Positions 43,683-52,346 of a DNA stretch of 64,000 nt are shown in pieces. The notes beneath the pieces were generated by a model that searched no databases, had not been told where the DNA came from, and was given only the letters and a program-made list of their open reading frames with translations. Each line of letters starts with the position of its first letter. Within the stretch, counting starts at the first letter, position 1. The translations under genes were made by a program, and so were the position numbers. Origin of the DNA: an uncultured Planctomycetota bacterium (GTDB lineage: Bacteria; Planctomycetota; Planctomycetia; Isosphaerales; Isosphaeraceae); NCBI GenBank assembly GCA_963823665.1, contig CAWGMQ010000004.1, positions 1,024,001 to 1,088,000 of the forward strand, read 5' to 3'.

Positions 43683-44005
43683 ATGCGAAATCAGACCTAT
43701 TTTGCGATTCTGGTCGTGGCAACCGGCGGCCTCATCGACGGTTGGGCGGTCGATACCTCTGCGCAAGCGGCGCGCGAGGCGCCCGAGATCAAAGCGGGCT
43801 GGCGATTCGCGCGGTGTGGACCGCGATCTCCGGCATGCAAGACGTCTCCGGCGGCGTCTTGTGGTCGTGGGCCGATTACAACCACAGGCTACCATTCAGG
43901 TCGCTGGGACCGTTCGGGGCCTTCGGCGCGGTCACAATCGACCGCAAGCCAAAGGCGGCTTTGAAGGCCCTGTCTGCGATGTACGGCGGTGCGCTCGAAA
44001 ACTGA
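43683..44005 (+). pseudogene. GH2-like glycoside hydrolase remnant with large internal deletion
   Basis: Signal peptide plus GWRF joined out of frame to the GH2-type C-terminus GGVLWSWADY...FGAVTIDRKPKAA. Confidence 0.6.
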
Positions 44006-44110
44006 CAGAAAAACGAGATTTCGAGCTCATGAACCGTGAGTTGCTGCGTCTTGTGCCGTGTTCGACGAAGATTGGGTGCTTCGCGGCCGCTGAGCGGTGT
44101 TCCAGGTAGA

Positions 44111-45763
44111 TCATTTGCGTTTCAGAGCGATGCGTCGGATCTGGACCTCTTCGTAGGGGCGGGTCTGGAGCCGGAATTCCTTGATTTGATCGGGGGGCTG
44201 ACCGAACTCGACTACAAGCTGCTGGAAGTTCATCACACCCGAACCCGACCGGATCTCCGCCGGGAGCTCGTTGCCGTCCAAGTCGACCGCGACGATTCGC
44301 ACTGGCTTGTCCTGAACGTTATGAGTCACCGCTATCAGCGTTCCCTTCTCGGTTGCGATTGCCCGACTGAAGATGTAGCTCGGACCGACGCTGCGGCCGA
44401 CAGCGCCTTGATTCTTCCCCCAGGTCCGCTCGGTCTTCCAGGGACCGGCCGCGACCTTGAAAAGAACCGTGCAATCGGCTGCATCAGCCGGGAGCAGGGC
44501 GGTCATCTCGGTCAGACCGGGTAAGGGTTGGCCGTTTCGCGTCGCAGGCCCCCAGGCTGCTCCCTGGGACTCGGTGATCGACCATGTATGGTCTGCTCCG
44601 TCGGGAATGCGGGCCAGACGCACGACAACCAACATACGCACGGCATTCTCGCCGGAGATTCTCGGCTCGCTCGGGTCGCATGGTGCTTGATGGAGCGGCG
44701 TTCCATCGGGACGCCACCAGGTATCGGGGCCGGAGGGGAACGTGGAAATACCGACGACCTCGATGATTGCTCCGTTGGGCAAGCTCCGGACCCAGCGGCG
44801 ATCGCCTGCTGGCTTATCGTTCGGTTTTTCGGCTGGCTGAACGGCAGTCTGCGGAGACTGCGGCGTCTGAATTCCCCCGGGCACAGCCTGCTGCGACACG
44901 GCCTGGGCCGTCACGCCCGCGACGACCAGAGCGCCCGCCGCGGCCAGCTTGAGCTTTTTCCACATCATCATCTTGAGGACTCCTTCGGTGAGATCGGTCA
45001 CTGCCGCCGGGAACGCACCGGTGGCGCACGCTGTTGCCGCGCGGGCCGTGGCTTGAGCAAGCTCCAGTGGAACAGCAGCCCGGGATTGGGCGGTGAGGGC
45101 AGTGGCCATGCCGACTGCGACTGCGCCCGGCGCGAGGCCACGCTGCGCCAGTCTCTGCCGCAGCCTGAGCCGGCCCCTGGTCAGGCGGCTCTTGACTGTG
45201 GCGACCGGCCATTTGAGCTGGCGCGCCGCAAGGTCGTACGTCATGCCCTGAAGGTGACAGAGCTCGACCGGGCATCGGTATTTTGCCGGCAGCCGTTCAA
45301 GCTCCTCACCGACGGCGCGGCGGAGGTCGCTGAGCTCCAGCTCGACCGAGGGATCGCCGGCCGACGCAGGCGGAACCCGGCCGATCCCGGACTTTCGTCG
45401 CTCGGCCCGGGACCGTGCTCGAAGCGCGACGCGGTGGGCGACGCCGTAAAGCCAGCGGCCGAGGGAGCCGTCCACGCGCACCGATCCTGCCTTACGGACA
45501 AGTACGAGGAAGGTGGCCTGGAAGGCGTCCTCCGCCTCGTGGGCATCTGCCAGCACGCGGTGGCACACTCCCCAGACCATCGCTCCGTGACGATCCACCA
45601 AGGCCTCGAACGCCATCTCCGCCGCTGCCACAACTTCAGCCGACTCGGCGCGCCTGGCCTTGTACTGCTCGAGGAGCTCGCTGTCGGTGAGCCCGGTCGC
45701 CGTCCCACCCGCAAACAGGGCTCGCAATTGCCGTAACGCGGAGCCGGGTTGGCCTTTTCCCAT
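44111..45763 (-). CDS. ECF sigma-70 factor with TM and C-terminal extension
   Basis: FEALVDRHG, AEDAFQATFLVL, WLYGVA (region 2); LPAKYR...TVKSRLTRGR (region 4). Confidence 0.92.
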   Translation of the reverse strand: MGKGQPGSALRQLRALFAGGTATGLTDSELLEQYKARRAESAEVVAAAEMAFEALVDRHGAMVWGVCHRVLADAHEAEDAFQATFLVLVRKAGSVRVDGSLGRWLYGVAHRVALRARSRAERRKSGIGRVPPASAGDPSVELELSDLRRAVGEELERLPAKYRCPVELCHLQGMTYDLAARQLKWPVATVKSRLTRGRLRLRQRLAQRGLAPGAVAVGMATALTAQSRAAVPLELAQATARAATACATGAFPAAVTDLTEGVLKMMMWKKLKLAAAGALVVAGVTAQAVSQQAVPGGIQTPQSPQTAVQPAEKPNDKPAGDRRWVRSLPNGAIIEVVGISTFPSGPDTWWRPDGTPLHQAPCDPSEPRISGENAVRMLVVVRLARIPDGADHTWSITESQGAAWGPATRNGQPLPGLTEMTALLPADAADCTVLFKVAAGPWKTERTWGKNQGAVGRSVGPSYIFSRAIATEKGTLIAVTHNVQDKPVRIVAVDLDGNELPAEIRSGSGVMNFQQLVVEFGQPPDQIKEFRLQTRPYEEVQIRRIALKRK

Positions 45764-45941
45764 AGTCGTGCGTCCCGCCGTGATGTTCGATGCCATCCTC
45801 ACTACTATGCACGAAGTCACGCTGACGGACCTGATTTTTTTCCAGCGTCCCCGAAACCCTTCGGCCCGGCGGCCTCGTAGAAACTTCCATCAGGGCGCGG
45901 TGTTTAATCCTTCAGATGAGCTTCATGCCGAGGAGAACGTC

Positions 45942-46607
45942 ATGCGTACCATCGGAATGCTACTGCGGGCGATTGGGAATACATCGTTGATCCTGGCGGC
46001 CCTGGCTTTGCCGGCCGGCTTGGCCCAGGCCAAGGGAGGCCATGGCGGAGGACACCACGGCGGGGGTGGACACCATGGCGGTGGCGGCGGACATCGCGGC
46101 GGGGGTGGGCACCATGGCGGCGGTGGCGGACATCACGGCGCTGGGCACTCGGGACGCGCCGCCCACCGTGGAGGCGGTGCCCATCACTCTTCAGCCGGTC
46201 ATCGCGCCGCCGCCGCACACCACTCAAGTAATCGTCGCGGCTCAGCTCAAATCGCGAGGACGAGCTCTAACCACAATAATGGCAACTCTGCGTCGCGATC
46301 GCACACCTTCAACAACTTTGGCGGCACGAGCAACTCGGCGAGCGTGAACTTGTCGCGCAACAATCGGGCACATGCCGGCGGCGGATTCGGAGCACCGGGC
46401 ATTGGAGCCCTTGGCTCGAATCTTGGTGAGGCAGGGGGCTATAGAGGCTCCGGCTATGGATATGGTAACGGCGGGGGCTACGGCTACGGCAACCGGGGGT
46501 ATGGCTACGGTGGGGGATATGGAAATCGAAACTCCGGGTACGTGAGGGCGTACATCCCGGGAGTCGGGTGGGTGATGGTTCCGATTCGGGCCATCCGGCG
46601 GTTTTGA
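45942..46607 (+). CDS. exported Gly/His-rich low-complexity protein
   Basis: Signal peptide ending AQA, GGHHGGGG repeats, GYGYG repeats. Confidence 0.7.
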   Translation: MRTIGMLLRAIGNTSLILAALALPAGLAQAKGGHGGGHHGGGGHHGGGGGHRGGGGHHGGGGGHHGAGHSGRAAHRGGGAHHSSAGHRAAAAHHSSNRRGSAQIARTSSNHNNGNSASRSHTFNNFGGTSNSASVNLSRNNRAHAGGGFGAPGIGALGSNLGEAGGYRGSGYGYGNGGGYGYGNRGYGYGGGYGNRNSGYVRAYIPGVGWVMVPIRAIRRF

Positions 46608-46895
46608 GATTGTTAAGGTCTTCCACCGCAGGGTCTCTGGGCCGGGCGCGCGTCTCGGAGAACCTGCGCCCGACATTCAGGATCTCTGGGCCGTGCGTGC
46701 AAGCGGATCGCCGGGCGGAGCCGGCTCCAACAGGCATGGGCGTGGGGCAGTCGTCCTTGTTGGAGGGGGCTCTGTCCCCCGATCTTCGCGGTTGGGGCTC
46801 AGGCGCGCTGGGGATAGCGTAAACCGCCGAATTCTGCTCGCCGCTGCCCAGTTGTGTTCCCAGAGCGCCGGATCGTGTCCGGTCGCGGGCGATTC

Positions 46896-49800
46896 TCACG
46901 GCCTCTTTTCGTCCTGAACGGCTTGAAGCTCGGTTTCGGGAACGACCCGGTCCTCCAACGTCGCCTGGAACAGTCCGGGAGCGATCCGGAAGGTTAGGAG
47001 CTTACCATTCCGGAGGATGATGAGCTCCTTCGGCTTTTCGGCAGGGCTTTGACGGCGTCTTGCGTCGATGAATCTGGACGCATTGATGACGTCCTTCTTG
47101 TCATACGTCATCAGGATGTCGCCTCCCTTCAACCCGATCCGCTCTCCCCGACCGCCCGGGTTGACCTCGGTGATAATCGCCCTGCACCGAACGGGCTTGC
47201 CTTCTTGATCGAAGTAGGTCGAATCTGTTCGATTGCCGTGGTCATCGTACATGTTGACGACCTTGGCGTAGCCATGCTTATGCCGCGCCGGCTTGCCTGC
47301 CTCGTCGAAGTAGGCTGTTTCGATCAGGTTGCCGCGGTCGTCGTACTCGTTGGCGACCTTGGCGCAGCCGTTCTTGCTACGCATGGGTTTGCCTGATTCG
47401 TCGAAGTAGGCCCTCTCGATCAGGTGGCCGCGAGCATTGTACTGGGAGGTGACCTTGGCATAGCCATCGTTGGTGCGCGCCGGCTTGCCCGATTCGTCAA
47501 GGTAGGCTTGCTCGACCACATTCCCTCGACCGTCGAGAGTTTGGGTGATGGCAGAGTAACCCCGAACGCCCGCTTCGTACCCAAAAATCGCCTGCCGGAC
47601 TTTTCGGCCCTTTTCATCATAGGCCATCGTCACCCGCGTGAACTCGTTTCTGAACCGCACCGGCTTGCCCGTTTCGTCGAAGTAGGCCTGCTCGATCTGG
47701 TGATCCTGGTGATCGTATTCGGCGGCGAACTTGGTGTAGCCGTCTTTGTGTCGAGTGGGGCGGCCAGCCGCGTCGAAGTATACTTCTTCGATCCGGTTAT
47801 CGCGGTCGTCGTACCGGATGGTGAACCTGGCGAAGCCGTCCTTGAGCTGCACCGGCTTGCCCGCTACGTCGAAGTAAGCTGTGTCGATGAAGTTGCCGCG
47901 GTCATCGTACTTGTTGGTGATCTTGGCGAAGCCGTCCTTGACCTGCACCGGCATGCCCGACTCGTCGAAGAACGACGTCTCCGTTCGGTTGCCGCGTGCG
48001 TCGTAGCTGGCAGTGGACTTGGCGAAGCCGCTGTCAGTCTCGACCGGCTTGCCCGACTCGTCGAAGTAGGCCTCCTGAATCCGGTTGCCGCGCTCGTCGT
48101 ACCGGAGGGTGAACTTGGCGTAGCCGCCCTTGATCTGGACCGGCTTGCCCGACTCGTCAAAGTAGGCTTCCTCGATCCGGTTGCCTTGGTCGTCATACTT
48201 GGCTGTGAATTTGGCGTAGCCGCCCTCGATCTGGACCGGCTTGCCCGCCTCGTCGAAGTAGGCCTCCTCGATCCGGTTGCCTCGGCCGTCAAACTTGGCT
48301 GTGAACTTGGCGTAGCCGCCCTTGATCTGGACCGGCTTGCCCGCCTCGTTGAAGTAGGCCTCCTCGATCCGGTTGCCTTGGTCGTCATACTTGGCTGTGA
48401 ACTTGGCGCAGCCGTCCTTGATCTGCAGCGGCTTGCCCGCCTCGTCGAAGTGGGCCTCCTCGATCCGGTTGCCACGGTCGTCATACTTGGCTGTGAGCTT
48501 TGCGTAGCCATTCTTGTGCCGAGTGGGCCGGCCTGATTCGTCGAAGTAGGCGGCCTCGTCCGCTTGACCACGCTCGTTGTACCTGGCGGTGAATTTGGCG
48601 TGGCCATCCTTGTGCCGAGTGGGCCGGCCTGATTCGTCGAAGTAGGCAGTCTGGTCCGCTTGACCACGCTCGTTGTACCTGGCGGTGGATTTGGCGTAGC
48701 CATCCTTGTGCCGAGCGGGCCGGCCGAATTTGTCAAAGTAGGCAAATTCGATGGCGTTGCCGCATTCATCGTACTGCGCGGTGACCTTGGCGTACCCGCC
48801 CTTGGTCAGCGTCGGTTGGCCGGCCCCATCGAAATACTTTTCCTCGACCAGGTGGCCACGGTCATCGTACCGGGCAGTGATCTTGGCATAGCCGTCTTTG
48901 TTCCGCGTAGCCTCGCCCGCGTCGTCCAGGTACGCCGTCTCGATCCGGTTGCCCCAGTCGTCGTACAGGATGGTGAGCTTGGCGTAGCCGTACTTGCTGC
49001 GAACCGGCTGGCCCGACTCATTCAAGTAGGCCTGTTCGATCAGGTTGCCAGCGTCATCGTACTTGGCGGTCAACCCGGCGAAGCCGTCCCTGCTCAGAAC
49101 CGGCTGGTCATGCGGCCCGAGAAACGTCATTCGCACCCACCAACCATGGGCATCAAATTCCTGATGCTTCCCGTAGATCCCGTCCCGATTCGGTCGACGA
49201 GCATTTCCATTGATATCATAGAATTTAATCTCTTTCGCGAGCCCCCGATCGGAGAGTTCGAATCTCACAAAGCTTGCCTCAGAGCCGGGTACGGCGAACG
49301 TCGATCCCCGCGCGTCGGTGAAATGAGCCGAATCTTCTGAAGTGTAGATAAATTTGAATACAATTCCTCCGGACCGATCCAGGGCTCTTTCCTCGGTCAA
49401 CTGACCTTTCTCGTCGAATCGGTAAATATACGAGCATTCACGCTTGGCCTGCGTCGCATCGTCCCGACTGCCGATATACGTGTCGACCGGGTGCCGCGTT
49501 GTCAACTGGCCGTGTCCGTTGACGACGTCGACCCGCTCCACGCGGCCAGCGCGACGATGAAACTGCAGGGTGTACTGACGGTGGTGGGCCTGTTCCGCGG
49601 TCAGGCGGCCGATCCCAACCGGAATACCCCAGCGTTTCTCAAAGTCCCGGTAGTACTCGATTCGCTCGCGATGAAAATCCCAGTAGGCAAAACCAGCCCC
49701 CAGGACCAGGGAGACGAGCAGGCAGCCCAGCGTCGCCATCGCCGCTGGCAACGGCCGTCGCCGTGCCCATCTCAGGGTGCGACCGAGCGAGCCGACCGGC

Positions 49801-51932
49801 CGCGCCTTGACCGGCTCGCCGACGAGGAAATGACGCAGATCGCCGGCCAGATCGGCGGCGGTGGCGTAGCGGTGGTCCGGTTTCTTTTCCAGGCACTTCG
49901 CGACGATCGCTTCCAGGTCCCGCGGGATCCCCGGGTGAAAAGTGCGCACCCGCTTGGGCTCTTCCAGGACAATCTGTCTCTGCAGCAGGTAGTCCGGCGT
50001 GGACTCCGACGCGCCGTAGAGAGCTCGAAGCGTCAGCAGCTCCCAGAGCACGGCTCCCAGACTATAGACGTCGGTGCGGCGATCGACCTTGGCGGAATCC
50101 AGGATCTGCTCCGGGCTCGAGTACCGCAATGTGCCGACAAACTTGGTGGTCAGGTTCGGTTTGTTCTGCTTGTCGAGCTCGTCGACGAGCTGGGCCAGGC
50201 CCAAGTCCATCAGAACCGCCTGCGTGCCGTCGGCCGTCACCACCACGTTGCCCGGCTTGATGTCGCGGTGAATCACGCCGGCCTGATGCAGCGCATGGGC
50301 CGCCTGGGCGACCTGGCGGACCAGCTCGGCGACCTCTTTGACGTAACCCTGCCGGGCAGGGGCTTGGGTCGGGACGGATGGATGCAGAGAGTCGGCACGC
50401 GACGGGGCCGGCCTGGTGGCGGTCGCCTGGTGATCGCTCAGGGACTGCTCCTCCTTCCGCGAATCCTCGCACGCCTTGCTCAGCGACTCTCGCCAAGTGC
50501 CCAGGTCGAGTCCGGCCGCGCTCGCGCTGCGGGAGTGGAGCGCCCGGCAGAGGGCGGCCAGCGTCGCCCCTTCGGCCAACTCCATCGCGTAGAACCACTG
50601 GTCTCCGTCCACGCCCGAAGTGAAGACCTTGACCACGCTCGGGTGCTCGACCTTGCCCAGAGCGTGGATCTCACGGTCGAACCGCGCCTCGGCCTTGGGG
50701 TCGCCGACTCGGAGCAGGCACTTCAGCGCCACCTGCCGGCCCAAGGACGGCTGCCAGGCTCGATAGACCTTCCCCATGCCCCCGCGGCCCAAGACGCTGA
50801 GCAACTCGAACTCGCCCAGCCGGCGCGGCGGCGGCTCATCCGTGTTCGGGGACGGCGATCCCTGCGGCTCTCCAGCCACCGACTGGTCGGCCCACGCCGC
50901 GACCTGGTCGCTGGCGATAGCGCAGCCCAGAACCCGCGCCAGCAGCGCGCGGTGTTCGGCGCCCAGGTCCGGGCGATCGATTATCGCGCCCGAGATGTAT
51001 CCCAGGTATTCGATTCTTGACCGGCCGCGCCGCGCGTTCAGGAAGAACATCTCCTCCTTGGCGGGATCATATTTCACCATTGGGTGAACGGACCGCAGCG
51101 CCAGAACGTCGGGGCGAGCGGGGAGGCTGGATTTCCCGGGATCCTCGGGTGGTGGGGGATCCTCCACGGAATCGCGGAGAACCGGTGCGTCGAGGTAGAC
51201 ACGCTTGGGCAGCGGCAGTAGGTGAGCCTCCCGCTCGGGCCGCTCAACGGGTTTCAGGGAACGTGGGGCCTCTCCGGTCAGGGCGAGTCGTTCGATGACC
51301 CACGCTCCATCCTCGGCGCGCTCGACAGCCGACACGTACACAAGGCGATACCCTGCCAGCACGTCCAGATGCCCGAGCAACTCGCCCACTCCGGCGAGGA
51401 TCGCTCTACCCATCTGCTCGTCCGACTCCGACGGTCTTACTCCCATGACACCATGGCCGGTCGTCTTGTTTCGGTATTGCACCAATCGCTCGAACAAATC
51501 GCTGACGCGGACTGTACTGTGGGCACCCGCTGCGCCGCCCAGGAATTCGCGCAAGGCCGCATCGAGTGCGGCAGCCCGTGGCAGGTTGCTCCGTGAGCTG
51601 CCCAGGACCAGGTCGCGGACCGCTCGGAACGGCTCGTCGCCGGCGTCGGCGAGGGCAGGGACAAGCAGCCGAACGTACTCCCACCAGTTTCCCAGGGCGG
51701 GACGCGCCAGGCTCGTGAGCCGTTCGGTCAAGACCGGATCGTGCTCGCTTCGCTCGGCATAGGCCACGATCGCCACCGAGCCCAGTAGCTTGAGGGACGC
51801 TTCCCAGAGGTAGTAGGCCACCAGGACTCGCTCGAGCGGCGTCTTGGCATCGTGGGCGCGGCGATGAAGCTGCGCCAGCGGCAACGGGAGGCGCCGGACC
51901 AGTTCTTCATCGGGAGTCAGGTAGCCACTCAT
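46896..51932 (-). CDS. membrane Ser/Thr kinase: HEPN-like N-domain, kinase, TM, ~21 YD-type repeats, PDZ
   Basis: GRGGMG, VALK, HRDIKPGN, DLG, SPEQ; TM ATLGCLLVSLVLGAGFAYW; PDZ-like VNPGGRGERIGLKGGDILMTYD. Confidence 0.92.
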   Translation of the reverse strand: MSGYLTPDEELVRRLPLPLAQLHRRAHDAKTPLERVLVAYYLWEASLKLLGSVAIVAYAERSEHDPVLTERLTSLARPALGNWWEYVRLLVPALADAGDEPFRAVRDLVLGSSRSNLPRAAALDAALREFLGGAAGAHSTVRVSDLFERLVQYRNKTTGHGVMGVRPSESDEQMGRAILAGVGELLGHLDVLAGYRLVYVSAVERAEDGAWVIERLALTGEAPRSLKPVERPEREAHLLPLPKRVYLDAPVLRDSVEDPPPPEDPGKSSLPARPDVLALRSVHPMVKYDPAKEEMFFLNARRGRSRIEYLGYISGAIIDRPDLGAEHRALLARVLGCAIASDQVAAWADQSVAGEPQGSPSPNTDEPPPRRLGEFELLSVLGRGGMGKVYRAWQPSLGRQVALKCLLRVGDPKAEARFDREIHALGKVEHPSVVKVFTSGVDGDQWFYAMELAEGATLAALCRALHSRSASAAGLDLGTWRESLSKACEDSRKEEQSLSDHQATATRPAPSRADSLHPSVPTQAPARQGYVKEVAELVRQVAQAAHALHQAGVIHRDIKPGNVVVTADGTQAVLMDLGLAQLVDELDKQNKPNLTTKFVGTLRYSSPEQILDSAKVDRRTDVYSLGAVLWELLTLRALYGASESTPDYLLQRQIVLEEPKRVRTFHPGIPRDLEAIVAKCLEKKPDHRYATAADLAGDLRHFLVGEPVKARPVGSLGRTLRWARRRPLPAAMATLGCLLVSLVLGAGFAYWDFHRERIEYYRDFEKRWGIPVGIGRLTAEQAHHRQYTLQFHRRAGRVERVDVVNGHGQLTTRHPVDTYIGSRDDATQAKRECSYIYRFDEKGQLTEERALDRSGGIVFKFIYTSEDSAHFTDARGSTFAVPGSEASFVRFELSDRGLAKEIKFYDINGNARRPNRDGIYGKHQEFDAHGWWVRMTFLGPHDQPVLSRDGFAGLTAKYDDAGNLIEQAYLNESGQPVRSKYGYAKLTILYDDWGNRIETAYLDDAGEATRNKDGYAKITARYDDRGHLVEEKYFDGAGQPTLTKGGYAKVTAQYDECGNAIEFAYFDKFGRPARHKDGYAKSTARYNERGQADQTAYFDESGRPTRHKDGHAKFTARYNERGQADEAAYFDESGRPTRHKNGYAKLTAKYDDRGNRIEEAHFDEAGKPLQIKDGCAKFTAKYDDQGNRIEEAYFNEAGKPVQIKGGYAKFTAKFDGRGNRIEEAYFDEAGKPVQIEGGYAKFTAKYDDQGNRIEEAYFDESGKPVQIKGGYAKFTLRYDERGNRIQEAYFDESGKPVETDSGFAKSTASYDARGNRTETSFFDESGMPVQVKDGFAKITNKYDDRGNFIDTAYFDVAGKPVQLKDGFARFTIRYDDRDNRIEEVYFDAAGRPTRHKDGYTKFAAEYDHQDHQIEQAYFDETGKPVRFRNEFTRVTMAYDEKGRKVRQAIFGYEAGVRGYSAITQTLDGRGNVVEQAYLDESGKPARTNDGYAKVTSQYNARGHLIERAYFDESGKPMRSKNGCAKVANEYDDRGNLIETAYFDEAGKPARHKHGYAKVVNMYDDHGNRTDSTYFDQEGKPVRCRAIITEVNPGGRGERIGLKGGDILMTYDKKDVINASRFIDARRRQSPAEKPKELIILRNGKLLTFRIAPGLFQATLEDRVVPETELQAVQDEKRP
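47187..49185 (-). repeat. ~21 x 96-bp coding repeat (32 aa, GYAKxTxxYDxxGNxIExAYFDExGKP)
   Basis: Counted in the translation; 96-bp period visible, e.g. 48205 and 48301. Confidence 0.93.
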
Positions 51933-52052
51933 GGCGCCACCATCGAAGATCGGGATCGGGGATCTTCACCAACCGGCTCAATCGTGATCAGTGTAAGAGG
52001 CAATTGGCCGGCGTGTCCACGAGCGAGTGGGGTGGGTGATCTGGGGTTGCGT

Positions 52053-52118
52053 CCCGGGGCGGGGTCGGAGACACGCGCCCTACCGCGGGCCCCGGGGCGG
52101 GGTCGGAGACCCTCGCCC
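52053..52118. repeat. two REP-like 28-bp direct repeats
   Basis: CCCGGGGCGGGGTCGGAGAC.C.CGCCC at 52053-52080 and 52091-52118. Confidence 0.75.
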
Positions 52119-52346
52119 AACAGGAAAAATCCAAAACTCTTGCTAATGAACCGTGGCTTGCTGCGTCTAAAGCTGATAGAGACGCCCCGGATGCCCGAGA
52201 TCGGCCTCGGGGTGATCTGACCGTCGGGAACTTGCGTGCAATCACCAGGTCGGATGGCGAGGCGGCTCGCCCCGCTTGCGCACTATCCCGGAATTCGCGA
52301 GCCAGGCGAAGTGCGCCGCGGGTGGAAGCCGTCGGGAGGAACGACG

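Noticed and set aside
46896..49600. RHS/polymorphic toxin
   Set aside because: YD repeats are present, but there is no RHS core DPxG cleavage signature or C-terminal toxin; the protein ends in a PDZ-like domain
49491..51020. 509-aa plus-strand ORF (likewise 44528-45736 + and 27536-29017 -)
   Set aside because: Antisense shadows of the kinase and sigma genes
52146..52170. Canonical ECF promoter (GAAC...TCTAA)
   Set aside because: The spacing between the boxes is several bases shorter than usual, so it is reported only as a repeated motif
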